A DNA stretch of 64,000 nt from an uncultured Gammaproteobacteria bacterium (GCA_963747655.1 CAVVFS010000002.1:201789-265788); one strand, 5' to 3'; positions 1 to 10,467 are shown, counted from the stretch's first letter. Translations and numbers: made by a program. Notes: generated from the letters alone by a model not told the origin.

Positions 1-2
1 TC

Positions 3-644
3 TTGTCAGAGGTTGAGCGCGAATACCTGTTTCTGCTGGCGCAAAATCGCCTTCCTGCGTTGCAACATCCTCCAGAATCTACGGTTTCGCCTCATCTGCA
101 ACGACTGCTTGATGCGATGGAAACTATTCCGGCGTTTATCAAAACCGCCGACTGGAGCGTGGTGGCCTGGAATCGTGCCGCGCTAACCGTATTGGCCGAT
201 TACTCTGCCATGCCGGTCAAGCAGCGTAATGTGTTACGCATGGTCTTTCTGAATCCGGAAAAACGTAAACTGATGCCGGAATGGGAAAGTATTGCAGGGT
301 TTTTAGTGGCTAACTTTCGCGCTGAAACGGCCAGAGCCGGAATGAGTGACGCCACGCGGAATCTGATCGATGAGCTTAGCGCGGCCAGCGAAGAATTCCG
401 CGCGCTGTGGCTAGATCAAAATGTCAGAAATCACGGTGAAGGCACTAAAAAAATCCACCATCCTGAAGTCGGCATTATTGCCCTGGACTATTCGTCGTTT
501 GCCGTTGACGGCAATCCTAACCTCAGCATGGTGGTGTATAACCCGGCGACACAGCATGACAAAGCCCTGGTTCTCAAGCTGCTTGCGGCTCATGGCCTGC
601 CAACTCTCAATACCGATTTCTCAGAGGCCGAGGTTTATAAATAA
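3..644 (+). CDS. XRE-family transcriptional regulator, MmyB-like ligand-binding domain (5' end lies before the window)
   Basis: PAFIKTADWSVVAWNRAA...NVLRMVF...FRALW...HHPEVGIIALDYSSFAVDG matches the MmyB PAS-like domain; the frame is open from the window start. Confidence 0.8.
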   Translation: MSEVEREYLFLLAQNRLPALQHPPESTVSPHLQRLLDAMETIPAFIKTADWSVVAWNRAALTVLADYSAMPVKQRNVLRMVFLNPEKRKLMPEWESIAGFLVANFRAETARAGMSDATRNLIDELSAASEEFRALWLDQNVRNHGEGTKKIHHPEVGIIALDYSSFAVDGNPNLSMVVYNPATQHDKALVLKLLAAHGLPTLNTDFSEAEVYK

Positions 645-912
645 TCGTCAGGTTAGGCTGACATAATCATATCCGCTGTTACCGACGCTCCTCCACGCTC
701 GATAATGCAGGCAGCAAACCCCATGATGCACCAGAAATTAGGGGGATTAGGCGCGATCAATGACTGTGCTATTACGCAACTCGAGGGGGATAAAAGTCTT
801 GCACCCGCGCAGTCGCTTGGCTACTTTATTGATGAAGAGCTGATTAAAATCTGATTCATCCTTTTGTATCTGGCACTTAGCGTGTGCTGACCTTTTACTT
901 TCTGGAGTTTTG

Positions 913-2016
913 ATGAAAATTATCGTTATTGGCGCCGGAATGGTCGGTGCATCTCTTACCTGGGAACTTACCGAGGCCGGGTTCGCGGTCACGCTGCTGG
1001 ATGCGGGCGAGGCGGGTAAAGGGACCAGCGCCAACTCGTTTGCCTGGATTAACTCCCACGGTAAACCACCGGAAGCTTATCAGCGTCTTAATTCTGCCGG
1101 TATGCAGGCGCATCGTGACCTTGCCAGGCGTTTTGGTCAGGCTCCGTGGCTTAACCTTACCGGCTGCCTTGAATGGCGTGCACAGCAAGACCAACAGGCG
1201 ATGAAAGATAACGTCGCACGTTTGCAAGGCTATGATTACCCTGCCGAATGGATTAGCGCAGAGCAGCTGCAAGAGCACGAACCGCAGATTCATCTTGATG
1301 GCACACAGGGCGCGATCGGTTGGTTTCCGTCAGAGGGTTGGGTTGACACGCAGCAATATATTCACCTGTTGCTGCAAGCCAGCGCAGCGGAAGGGGCAAA
1401 GATTGTGACCGGCAGTAAGGTCACAGAAATCTTGCAAGAGGGTGACACTGTCACGGGAGTGAAAACCGCCGATGGCACACTGCATCGTGCCGATCTGACC
1501 ATTAATGCCAGTGGTCGCTGGTCTGACAAACCTCCTTATCATGGGCGATTGGCAACCCAGCTGGCACCCACGACCGGGATTCTCATTCGCGTGCCTGCGC
1601 ATTTTGTACCGGTTAATCATGTGCTGGCGACGCCGCTGTTCCACTGTCGCCCTGATGGCGAAGGCGTGACGCTGCTTTGTCCAAATGAGGGCGTTTATGA
1701 TATTGATGAAAGCACGCCACAGTCGCGCGTTGACGAGCTGGCGGCTGACATCATCGTTAAAGCCAGCGCGGTCTGGCCCAAACTGGCCGAGATTAAACCC
1801 GAACACTATAAAGCACGGATGGGCATTCGCGCCTTGCCCGTCGACGGTTTCCCGATCGTTGGCCCAACGCCAGAATTAGCGGGTTATTATACGGTTGTAA
1901 CTCACAGTGGCGTGACGCTGTCACCTTTGCTGGCGCGTTTAGTGACTCAGGAAATTAAGGGCCATCAGGTACCCGAATTAGAGCCTTATCGCCCTCAACG
2001 CCTGATTAAAGGTTAA
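913..2016 (+). CDS. FAD-dependent oxidoreductase (DAO/glycine oxidase family)
   Basis: N-terminal IVIGAGMVG dinucleotide-binding motif; GTSANSFAWIN; C-terminal GIRALPVDGFPIVG and HSGVTLSP. Confidence 0.85.
   Translation: MKIIVIGAGMVGASLTWELTEAGFAVTLLDAGEAGKGTSANSFAWINSHGKPPEAYQRLNSAGMQAHRDLARRFGQAPWLNLTGCLEWRAQQDQQAMKDNVARLQGYDYPAEWISAEQLQEHEPQIHLDGTQGAIGWFPSEGWVDTQQYIHLLLQASAAEGAKIVTGSKVTEILQEGDTVTGVKTADGTLHRADLTINASGRWSDKPPYHGRLATQLAPTTGILIRVPAHFVPVNHVLATPLFHCRPDGEGVTLLCPNEGVYDIDESTPQSRVDELAADIIVKASAVWPKLAEIKPEHYKARMGIRALPVDGFPIVGPTPELAGYYTVVTHSGVTLSPLLARLVTQEIKGHQVPELEPYRPQRLIKG
1442..1454. other. matS site (MatP binding)
   Basis: GTGACACTGTCAC is an exact match to GTGACRNYGTCAC. Confidence 0.8.
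1912..1924. other. matS site (MatP binding)
   Basis: GTGACGCTGTCAC is an exact match to GTGACRNYGTCAC. Confidence 0.8.
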
Positions 2017-2046
2017 ATATTAAAGATTAGAAAAAGGTTAAATCAT

Positions 2047-2619
2047 ATGATCGAACTGGTGCGCTGTGCCTGGGGAGAAAATGATCCGCTAATGCAGCAA
2101 TATCATGACCAGGAATGGGGCGTACCGGTTTATGACAGCCGCGCTTTATGGGAGAAGCTCATGCTTGATGGTTTTCAGGCTGGGCTTTCGTGGCGCACGA
2201 TACTCAATAAGCGCGAAGGTTTCAGAAAGGCGTTCTGCGGATTTGACCCACAAATAGTGGCCGCGTTTACCGAGCAAGATATTGAAAGGCTGGTGACCGA
2301 TCCCGAGATTATTCGCTCACGGGCCAAGATTAATGCCGTGGTTAAAAATGCCCGCGCCTATCTATTGATGCAAGAAGCACTGATGCAGGAAACGGGCGAA
2401 GATTTCTCTCAGTGGATTTGGAACAAAGTTGGCGGTTCACCCATCCAGCATATCGGGCCAATCCCTACCCAAAGTGAACTTTCACAAGATATTTCTCACC
2501 AGTTAAAAAAGCGTGGTTTTAGCTTCGTCGGGCCGGTGATTGTCTATGCCTGGATGGAAGCGACTGGGCTAATCAATAGCCATCATCCTGACTGTTTTCG
2601 TCGCAATCATCTGTCCTGA
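2047..2619 (+). CDS. tag: DNA-3-methyladenine glycosylase I
   Basis: RCAW...YHDQEWGVP...LMLDGFQAGLSWRTILNKREGFRKAF...LKKRGFSFVGP...HHPDC. Confidence 0.93.
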   Translation: MIELVRCAWGENDPLMQQYHDQEWGVPVYDSRALWEKLMLDGFQAGLSWRTILNKREGFRKAFCGFDPQIVAAFTEQDIERLVTDPEIIRSRAKINAVVKNARAYLLMQEALMQETGEDFSQWIWNKVGGSPIQHIGPIPTQSELSQDISHQLKKRGFSFVGPVIVYAWMEATGLINSHHPDCFRRNHLS

Positions 2620-2832
2620 CTCGAATCCCTTTCTCGAAGTTTCGCACAAAATCCGCTATGTCTAAGGCCTTTCTTAAGGCGGCATTTACTTTTTTTGAAA
2701 AAAGTTCCTCATTGTAAGCAATAAAAGTTAAGAAATTCCTTAATTAAACCTTAAAATGCCTCTTTATATGCACGAAAAATATGACCCTATCATTACAGAT
2801 AGTTGAAATTTTCAATTCAGTTAGGCGGCAAA

Positions 2833-3762
2833 ATGGATACCAAGGACAGCTTACTTTTTTCAGAAGCTATTTTTTTTAAAAAACTAGTCATGAATGAGGT
2901 CATGCAAGACAGGTACTGGGATTCAAAGTCAAACAGGGCAAAATATATCCTTCGTAGCCTGATGATGCCAAAATCGACCTATAAGTTACTTGGTTTTCTC
3001 GCGACGACTCCAGACTTAGCCACCCTCATAGCAAGACAGCCTTCATTGCCTTACAAGGTTCATCGCCCGTATTTAAAGGCCAGTCTTAAAACCAAAGATA
3101 AAGTCAAATCAGTCTGTGAAGGCAGCCGTTTGATACACAAAGCCGTTGAGCGACAGACTTACAGAAAAATATACTCACAAGACGGGCTGAAGCTGGCTGA
3201 AATAGAAGGCAAAACTGGCAATTACTCGCTGAAGATCGGCATGGAAAACAAGTTTAGCCGCGAGGGTGAGTTAGTTCTAACCTTTAGAACCAGTGATGGC
3301 ATAACGCTGGCTTCGTGCGCGTTTGGTTTTGTATTTGAAAATGGAAAACCGTGTTTGTTCATCGGTGCCATGCAGGGCGGTGAGAAGGACTGCACGCCTG
3401 AGCTGATTAAAGAGGCCACCAAATCATGCCATGGCCTGTTCCCAAAAAGGCTGTTGATTGAGGCTGCTGGGCAGGTGGCTGAAAAGTTCGGCTGTGTAAA
3501 AATGCTGGCCGTCAGCAACGATACGCATGTTTTCCAAAGTAAACGTTACAAGAAGAGAAAAGAAAACCTGATGCGTGCTGACTACGACGGTTTTTGGGAA
3601 TCTTTATCGGGCCAGAGAAACGATAAAAATGACTACGAGCTGCCTATGGAGATAGCCAGAAAAGACATTGAAGAGGTTGTGAGTAAGAAAAGGTCAGAAT
3701 ATCGCAAACGCTATACTCTGCTGGACGATTTGCAAACGAGCCTGCAAAGCAATCTTCGTTAA
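2833..3762 (+). CDS. VirK/YbjX (DUF535) family protein
   Basis: KVHRPYL, REGELVL, FIGAMQG, TKSCHGLFPKRLLIEA, ADYDGFWESLSG and SKKRSEYRKRY are typical of the family. Confidence 0.85.
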   Translation: MDTKDSLLFSEAIFFKKLVMNEVMQDRYWDSKSNRAKYILRSLMMPKSTYKLLGFLATTPDLATLIARQPSLPYKVHRPYLKASLKTKDKVKSVCEGSRLIHKAVERQTYRKIYSQDGLKLAEIEGKTGNYSLKIGMENKFSREGELVLTFRTSDGITLASCAFGFVFENGKPCLFIGAMQGGEKDCTPELIKEATKSCHGLFPKRLLIEAAGQVAEKFGCVKMLAVSNDTHVFQSKRYKKRKENLMRADYDGFWESLSGQRNDKNDYELPMEIARKDIEEVVSKKRSEYRKRYTLLDDLQTSLQSNLR

Positions 3763-3795
3763 ACCGTTTCCTATACAGTTTTCTATTAATGTCAC

Positions 3796-3823
3796 AGGAG
3801 CCTTTTCAGGCTCCTTTATTTTT
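3796..3823. terminator. Hairpin terminator between convergent genes
   Basis: AGGAGCC-ttttca-GGCTCCT followed by TTATTTTT. Confidence 0.6.
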
Positions 3824-4774
3824 AAAATAGATTCGATACTGCGCCGGGCTAACTTTAAGCTGTCTTTGAAAGGCGCGGCGCAGAATATCGATGCTGGTAT
3901 AACCGCATTTGGCGGCAATCTGTTTTGGCAATAACTCGGAAGATTCCAGCAAGTATCGCGCCTGATTAATTTTCTCCTGCTCCAGCCATTCGCCCGGCGT
4001 CAGGCCTATTTCCTGAGTAAACAGCCGGGTCAGATGACGCGTGCTGACCCCAAGATGATCGGCCAGCGATTTTACCGACGGGGCATTTTCCAGATTACCC
4101 GTAGCCCAGCGCTGCAAATCCTGTAACGCAGATCGGCCACTCAGCGAGGTCTTGCCTGAACGACTAAACTGCATCTGACCGCCAGGACGTTTAAAGAACA
4201 TCACTAATTGAGCGGCAACCGCCATCGCTACTTCGCGGCCTAAATCCTCTTCCACCATCATCAGCGCTAAATCCAGCCCCGATGTCACACCCGCCGCCGT
4301 GCGCAAAGGCCCTTCGGCGATATATATCGCGTCAGCATCGACCTGAATTCCCGGATAACGACTTGCTAAAGTCTCGGCGACTGCCCAATGCGTCGTTACG
4401 CGATGCCCTTCAAGCAGCCCGGTCGCAGCAAGAAGCAGGGCACCAGTACATACTGATCCAAAACGATGACTGTTTAATGCACGCTGGTGAATCGCGCGTA
4501 ATAGCGTTTGCGAAGGAACAAACTGCGCCATATCCGGTGCGCCCGCGACCAAAAACGTGTTGATCGGCGATTCTGTCTGTTGGTCCAGACACTTCTCTGC
4601 CAGTAAGCAGATACCCGATGAGGTCACAATCTTCAGCTCGTTGAGCGCAACCACTTCAAGTTGGTAGATCTTACGGCCCATCTGCTGATTGACCTCGGCG
4701 AATACGTCTAATGGCCCAGATACATCAAGCAGTTGCACGCCTGGGATCGCCAGTATTTGCACGGTTTTGATCAT
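3806..4774 (-). CDS. GlxA-family transcriptional regulator (DJ-1/PfpI plus AraC HTH)
   Basis: LLDVSGPLDVF, SVCTGALLLA, TAAGVTSGLDLAL, RPGGQMQFS and a C-terminal AraC HTH. Confidence 0.9.
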   Translation of the reverse strand: MIKTVQILAIPGVQLLDVSGPLDVFAEVNQQMGRKIYQLEVVALNELKIVTSSGICLLAEKCLDQQTESPINTFLVAGAPDMAQFVPSQTLLRAIHQRALNSHRFGSVCTGALLLAATGLLEGHRVTTHWAVAETLASRYPGIQVDADAIYIAEGPLRTAAGVTSGLDLALMMVEEDLGREVAMAVAAQLVMFFKRPGGQMQFSRSGKTSLSGRSALQDLQRWATGNLENAPSVKSLADHLGVSTRHLTRLFTQEIGLTPGEWLEQEKINQARYLLESSELLPKQIAAKCGYTSIDILRRAFQRQLKVSPAQYRIYFKNKGA

Positions 4775-4951
4775 GTTAATTCCCATTAACTTACGATTAA
4801 TTTCCTGACTTCCTGCTCGATTCACTATTGGGTGTCTGCGTTCGTCATTATGTCTCTTATCGTCATATTACTACGATTGAAGACTAATCACGCAAGATTT
4901 ATTCTTACTGCCAGAACACTCCTCATCACTCTTTGGCAGGCAGGAATTATC

Positions 4952-5593
4952 ATGACACTTAATATTAAAGGTATTCATATCCCGGATAGTCAGATGGCGC
5001 GTCAGGCGACCGAACTGGTTCGCGATACCGAATCGGAGCTGTTGTTTAATCACTCGAGTCGCGTTTATTACTGGGGAGCGCTGGCGGGGCAACAGCGTGG
5101 GCTTAAAGTCGATCACGAGCTTTTATATATCGGCTGTATGTTCCACGATATGGGGCTGACCCACGATCATTGCAGCTGTGATAAACGTTTCGAGGTTGAC
5201 GGCGCTAACGCAGCGCGTGATTTCCTGCGTCAGCATCAAATTAGTCAGGCCGATATTGATAAGGTCTGGACGGCGATTGCTCTGCATACAACTCCGGGGA
5301 TCCCCGAGTTTATGGATCCGGTTATTGCGCTGGTCACCGCAGGCGTAGAGATGGATGTATTAGGGATTAATTATCAGGGATATTCGGCACAGGAACGCGA
5401 GGCGGTGGTTAATGCTCATCCGCGCACGCCACAGTTTAAGGAGGACATTATCAATGCGTTTTATCAGGGCGTGAAAGATAAACCGCAGACCACCTTTGGT
5501 AATGTGAAAGCTGACGTGATTGCCGATAAACAGCCCGCTTTTGATAAAGGTAATTTCTGCTCGATTATTCGCGGCTCTCAGTGGCTGTCATAA
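4952..5593 (+). CDS. HD-domain metal-dependent hydrolase (cyanamide-hydratase-like subgroup)
   Basis: NHSSRVY...MFHDMGL (HD motif), RFEVDGANAARDFL, AIALHTTPGI; divergent from the GlxA regulator. Confidence 0.8.
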   Translation: MTLNIKGIHIPDSQMARQATELVRDTESELLFNHSSRVYYWGALAGQQRGLKVDHELLYIGCMFHDMGLTHDHCSCDKRFEVDGANAARDFLRQHQISQADIDKVWTAIALHTTPGIPEFMDPVIALVTAGVEMDVLGINYQGYSAQEREAVVNAHPRTPQFKEDIINAFYQGVKDKPQTTFGNVKADVIADKQPAFDKGNFCSIIRGSQWLS

Positions 5594-5628
5594 GCAGCAA
5601 TCATAAGCCGTCTCGATAAGGCAATGGC

Positions 5629-5946
5629 TTAAAGATTGTCCTGATAAAGCGTAAATTCGATTTTATACAGTTCAGTGATCCCGGGATAAATCTCGGCGAT
5701 CACTGCCTTTAATTGTTCCAGCGTCATATTCTCCTGCAAAGCCTCAGCATTTGTTAACTGGTGATACTTTATCGGACTCACGCCTGTTATCTGAATATGG
5801 CAAAAGAATTGGTTATCTTCATAACGCGCGACACTGACTATGTCTCCTGACTGATAATTGGCATCACTTTTATCTCGCAGCGTAATGGTTTTGCGACTGG
5901 AGAGAATGTCTGATTCAAATCGGGAAAAGAAGGTAATATTTTTCAT
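5629..5946 (-). CDS. yqfB: N4-acetylcytidine amidohydrolase (ASCH domain)
   Basis: ITFFSRFESDILSSRKTITLRD...ALQENMTLEQLKAVIAEIYPG. Confidence 0.88.
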   Translation of the reverse strand: MKNITFFSRFESDILSSRKTITLRDKSDANYQSGDIVSVARYEDNQFFCHIQITGVSPIKYHQLTNAEALQENMTLEQLKAVIAEIYPGITELYKIEFTLYQDNL

Positions 5947-6178
5947 AGTGTTTTTATTTTATTTTTCAAGGTTATCCAGGGATTTCGTCGGCTATCGAGC
6001 AGTTTTTCGCAATCATGTTAGCCTATTTTTGCTGCCCGTTCATCGGTAATGATGGTCTACAAATCACTCATTGCTCAGCATGGTTCGTAGTAAAAGTTCA
6101 TAAAGTTCCTCTTAGGCGTTTAGTCTCCAGTTAAATCCTTTTTAAATCATGAGTGGCTTTTTAATCACTCTGCCGCTA

Positions 6179-6204
6179 AATTAGGAAATTATAATTTCCT
6201 AATT
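6179..6204. promoter_or_regulatory. Perfect 26-bp palindrome, candidate operator
   Basis: AATTAGGAAATTA/TAATTTCCTAATT, ending about 20 bp upstream of the hydrolase start codon. Confidence 0.6.
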
Positions 6205-6225
6205 AACGAGAAGGCTTTAAAGACT

Positions 6226-7143
6226 ATGCAAAATCATACGGCACAGACCTCCACCACCTCCTGTAACCCGTCAGAGCTGACTCCGGCAGGATTCACTCAT
6301 CATTACGGCATCGTTAACGGGGTAAGGCTGCACTATGTTGCCGGGGGTAATCCACAGGGAGAAACGCTGGTTCTGCTGGCTGGATTTCCGCAAAGTTGGT
6401 ATTCATGGCGTAAAGTTATGCCGGCTCTGGCCGAGAGTTACTACATTATTGCTCCAGACTTGCCAGGTCAGGGGGATTCAGATAAACCTCTCGAGGGTTA
6501 TGACACTCAGTCTGTTGCCACGGCTGTTCATGCTCTATTACAACAAATTGGTGTGACGCATTATTACCTTGCCGCTCATGATGTAGGCGCCTGGGTTGCT
6601 TATCCTTACGCGGCCTTATTTGGTGATGAAATTAAGAAAATGGCTATTCTGGATGCGGGGATCCCGGGAATTACTTTACCTGATGCTTTGCCACATTCAG
6701 GTGACAGAAGCTGGCGCACCTGGCATTTTGCATTTCACGCCATTCCTGATTTGCCAGAGGAATTAATTGCCGGTAAAGAGCGTATTTATCTTGATTGGTT
6801 CCTGAGAAGGAAAACGGCTGCGCCTGATGCTTTTACCGAGGAGGATATTAATGAGTATTTGCGAACCTTCACGCAAAGTGGGGCCATTCGTGCAGGGCTG
6901 GCTTATTATCGTGCACTTGGACTTTCGGCTAAGCAAAATGCGCATTTTAAAACGCTGGGAAAATTGAAAACGCCGGTTCTGGCTATTAGTGCAGAACAAG
7001 GCTCTATCGCCGATATGGCAACCCCTTTACGACCATATTTTGAAAACGTTGAGGGGACGATGATTGAGAAAAGCGGTCATTTCTTGCAAGAAGAGCAGCC
7101 AGAAGCTATTACAAAGACCTTTAAGAATTTCTTTAAATTATAA
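6226..7143 (+). CDS. Alpha/beta hydrolase (epoxide hydrolase/dehalogenase-like)
   Basis: LAGFPQSWYSW, PDLPGQGDS, AHDVGAWV nucleophile elbow, SGHFLQEE catalytic His. Confidence 0.9.
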   Translation: MQNHTAQTSTTSCNPSELTPAGFTHHYGIVNGVRLHYVAGGNPQGETLVLLAGFPQSWYSWRKVMPALAESYYIIAPDLPGQGDSDKPLEGYDTQSVATAVHALLQQIGVTHYYLAAHDVGAWVAYPYAALFGDEIKKMAILDAGIPGITLPDALPHSGDRSWRTWHFAFHAIPDLPEELIAGKERIYLDWFLRRKTAAPDAFTEEDINEYLRTFTQSGAIRAGLAYYRALGLSAKQNAHFKTLGKLKTPVLAISAEQGSIADMATPLRPYFENVEGTMIEKSGHFLQEEQPEAITKTFKNFFKL

Positions 7144-7146
7144 ACG

Positions 7147-7680
7147 GTGACAGTGAAAAGGATGATGAAAAACACGTCAGGAGATATAGCTTTCATTACT
7201 ATTGAAAACCCCGCTGAGGATTCGCGCGTAAAGGGATTGATTGATGGTTTAAACCAGTCACTTGAGGCGATTACAGGTGCCAGCGGCAGTAAAAATGCAC
7301 GGCTTACTGATTTCGATGGCCCAAACGCCCAATTTGTTATTGGTTTACGTGGCAATATCCCGGTAGCTTGCGGAGGTTTTCGTCCTCTTGGTCCTGATAG
7401 TGTCGAAATAAAGAGCAAGACCTTAGAAGCTAAGAGTGAGACCTGCGAAATAAAGCGCATGTTTGCTATTGAAAAGGGCAAAGGCGTGGGGAAACAGATC
7501 CTCGCAGAAATTGAAGCAAGGGCGCTCTCGTTGGGCTATAAAAATATCCAGCTCGAAACTCGGTGTATTAACCAGGTAGCAGTCAATTTTTATCTGCGAA
7601 ATGGCTACGTTATTATTGATAATTATGGCATTTATCAGGGTCGCTCAGAGGCTGTTTGCTTTGCGAAAAAATTGTCCTGA
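7147..7680 (+). CDS. GNAT N-acetyltransferase
   Basis: VACGGFR, EIKRMF, KGKGVGKQIL acetyl-CoA motif, AVNFYLRNGY. Confidence 0.85.
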   Translation: MTVKRMMKNTSGDIAFITIENPAEDSRVKGLIDGLNQSLEAITGASGSKNARLTDFDGPNAQFVIGLRGNIPVACGGFRPLGPDSVEIKSKTLEAKSETCEIKRMFAIEKGKGVGKQILAEIEARALSLGYKNIQLETRCINQVAVNFYLRNGYVIIDNYGIYQGRSEAVCFAKKLS

Positions 7681-7959
7681 GCTGATTTATCGTTGTTATT
7701 TTATTGTGTTGTTTGATTGTTGTTACTTAATAATGGTTAGCTGAATATTTTTATTTAGGCCCTTTTTGTGAATGGATCCACAGAGGGGCCGCATTATTTT
7801 TTCACCTTCTTATTTCACTTTTTTGTTTCAAAGAGAGCCTTATTGAAGCTTAATTTCACACCTTGCTACATAAAGTCATATTTTTAACTAAAATTTACAA
7901 GCACATCCTGCATTGTGCGCCTGTTTTGGCGCCTTTTAAATTTGCATAAGGAGCTTGTA

Positions 7960-8385
7960 ATGACCTCTCTGCGATCCCCCAGAAATTCGGCATTAGCTGT
8001 CGGCATTGTGGCGCTTTTAGATCCCTTGCCGATTGGCTTTTTCACCGCCGCCTGGATATTCGATATTATCTATATTTACAGTACCGAAATTGCCTGGACT
8101 CAGGCGGCGAGTTGGCTGATTGTCTTTGGATTATTCATCGCTATTATTCCTCGAATTATCAATCTGGTACAGGTTTGGGTTGGCACTGCGTATCCGCAAG
8201 GCTCGCCGGTAAAAGTGCATTTTTGGGCTAGCGCGCTGGCTATTATTCTGTCCATTTTTAATGCCTTTATTCACAGTCGGGATGCCTTTGCGGTTGTCCC
8301 TGCGGGTGTCATCTTATCCACGCTGGTGGTGCTATTGCTGCTGTTTGCTAATCTGCAACTCGCGCTGCGCGAACGCACTGCTTAA
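7960..8385 (+). CDS. DUF2231-like membrane protein
   Basis: Four hydrophobic segments (LLDPLPIGFFTAAWIFD...); this arrangement ahead of a sorbosone dehydrogenase gene is common. Confidence 0.65.
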   Translation: MTSLRSPRNSALAVGIVALLDPLPIGFFTAAWIFDIIYIYSTEIAWTQAASWLIVFGLFIAIIPRIINLVQVWVGTAYPQGSPVKVHFWASALAIILSIFNAFIHSRDAFAVVPAGVILSTLVVLLLLFANLQLALRERTA

Positions 8386-8397
8386 GGAAAAGTGATA

Positions 8398-9721
8398 ATG
8401 AAAAATATCAATGCATTATCCGTTTTAGCGCTGACCTTGCCGCTATTACTGACTGCCTGCGACCAAGCCGCCAAAATATCTCCCGAGCAGCAAACCGGCA
8501 GTAATCCAGAGTTGCCGGCCGCGAAAAACTTCCTGCTACCGCCAATGCAGGTACCGAGCGGCATCGCATGGAAAGAGGGAGAAACGCCAAAAGTGGCCGC
8601 AGGGCTGAAAATTTCGAAAGTGGCTGACGGGTTTATGCATCCACGACAAATTACCGTTTTACCTAACGGCGATGTGCTGGTGGTAGAGGCCAATAGCCCG
8701 CCGGGAGTCACTAGTAAGCCCAAAGAAGTGATTATGGGCATGGTGCAGAAGGCTTCTGGCAAAGGCGGGCCGGGGGGTAATCGTATTACCTTACTGAGAA
8801 ATACCAACGGTGACGGTAAAACCTGGGAAAAATATACTTTCCTCGAGGGGCTGCATTCTCCGTTCGGCGTACAACTGATTGGTGACCAACTTTATGTCGC
8901 CAATGCCGATAGCCTGATGCGTTATCACTATCAAACTGGCGAAACGAAGATAACGGATCCGGGGACTGAAATTGCAGATTTGCCCGGTGGCCCAATTAAT
9001 CATCACTGGACTAAGTCTCTGTTGGCCAGTCGCGACGGCACTAAGCTCTATGTTGGCATTGGCTCAAACAGTAATATTACTGAAAATGGCCTGGCTGTTG
9101 AATATCGTCGCGCCGACATTCTTGAGGTCGATGTTGCCACGGGTGCGAGTCGAATTTTTGCCAGCGGCTTGCGCAATCCAACGGGGCTACAATGGGAGCC
9201 GACAAACCGGCAAGCTATGGGCCGTGGTTAACGAGCGCGACGAAATTGGTGCCGATTTAGTACCCGATTATATGACCTCAGTTCAGGATCACGCTTTTTA
9301 TGGCTGGCCTTACAGCTATTATGGGCAGCACGTTGACCAACGAGTCAGGCCACAACGGCCTGATTTAGTTGAAAAAGCCATTAAGCCAGACTATGCGCTG
9401 AGTTCTCACGTTGCTCCATTAGGCCTGTGGTTTTATACCGGCACCAATCTACCCGCAGAATATCGCGGTGGCGCGTTTATCAGCGAACATGGTAGCTGGA
9501 ATCGCAAACCGCTTAACGGTTATCAGGTGGTCTATGTCGCCTTCAAAGATGGCAGACCGGTGGGCCAACCTAAAACGGTAGTTAGCGGATTTTTGACCGA
9601 TGATCAAAAACAGGTTCGGGGATTACCGGTGGGCCTGGCAATGGATAAACAGGGCGCTTTATTGATTGCCGATGATGCCGGAAATACGGTCTGGAGAGTA
9701 ACCGGTGTAGATAGTCAGTAG
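8398..9721 (+). CDS. L-sorbosone/PQQ-dependent sugar dehydrogenase lipoprotein (one frameshift near 9200)
   Basis: Lipobox LTAC; [52 protein letters not shown]; split across ORFs 8392-9231 and 8972-9721. Confidence 0.85.
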
Positions 9722-9795
9722 GTGAAACTTTATATTTTATCTGAATCGATTTTGTTTAAGATCTGTATATAAAGTAACCCGATAATTAGTGCCAC

Positions 9796-9830
9796 GAATG
9801 CTTGCGGTGTAATTAATGCGGCAAGCATTC
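9796..9830. terminator. Inverted repeat after the sorbosone dehydrogenase gene
   Basis: GAATGCTTGC...GCAAGCATTC. Confidence 0.45.
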
Positions 9831-9977
9831 ATTTATAAAGTGACATCCTTTCAAACAAACTCTTCATTATTTACACCTCAACTTTACGAATGTTTTACGT
9901 CGCTAACTGATAACACTTTGCCTAAGCAGGCGTATATTAGTACTTATCGATTTTCTCATCTCCAGTGAAGGTTTGTG

Positions 9978-10426
9978 ATGAAAAAGCTAACTCTATTTGG
10001 TATCTGTGCAACGTTGTTGGTGGGATTAGGCGCTAGCGCCGTTTCCCAGGCGGCTCCCTTTCCTCATGGCGGCGGCGGCCTGGCGGTGGTGGTTCCAGGA
10101 GGGGGTGGTTTCCACGGAGGTGGCCCTGGCGGCGGTTTTCACGGTGGAGGCCCAGGAGGTTATCAGCGGCGGTGCATTGGGGCGGGGGTCACTGGGGCGG
10201 ACACGTATTTGTTGGCGTAGGCCCTTATTGGGGACCGGATCCTTACTACTGGGGGCCTGAACCTTATTATGCGCCACCACCAGTTGTTTATGTAACGCCA
10301 CCTGCGCCACAGGTTTATGTTGAAAAGCAGGCGCCGAGTGCAAGTTACTACTGCCATAATCCAGTTGGATACTATCCACAGGTGCCACGCTGCCCGACAG
10401 GCTGGCAAAAATTAGCGCCAAGATAA
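9978..10426 (+). CDS. Secreted Gly/His-rich, Pro/Tyr-rich hypothetical protein (frameshifted)
   Basis: Signal peptide, GGGFHGGGP repeats, then WGGGHWGG...PPPVVY...YYCHNPVGYYPQVPRCPTGW in another frame. Confidence 0.7.
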
Positions 10427-10467
10427 GACTCGTTACGAGAATTTCGGCAATTTGAGGTTAAGTTAAC

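Noticed and set aside
5950-6110. Possible degraded gene remnant upstream of yqfB (MNFYYEPC*)
   Set aside because: Too short and interrupted by stops to assign.
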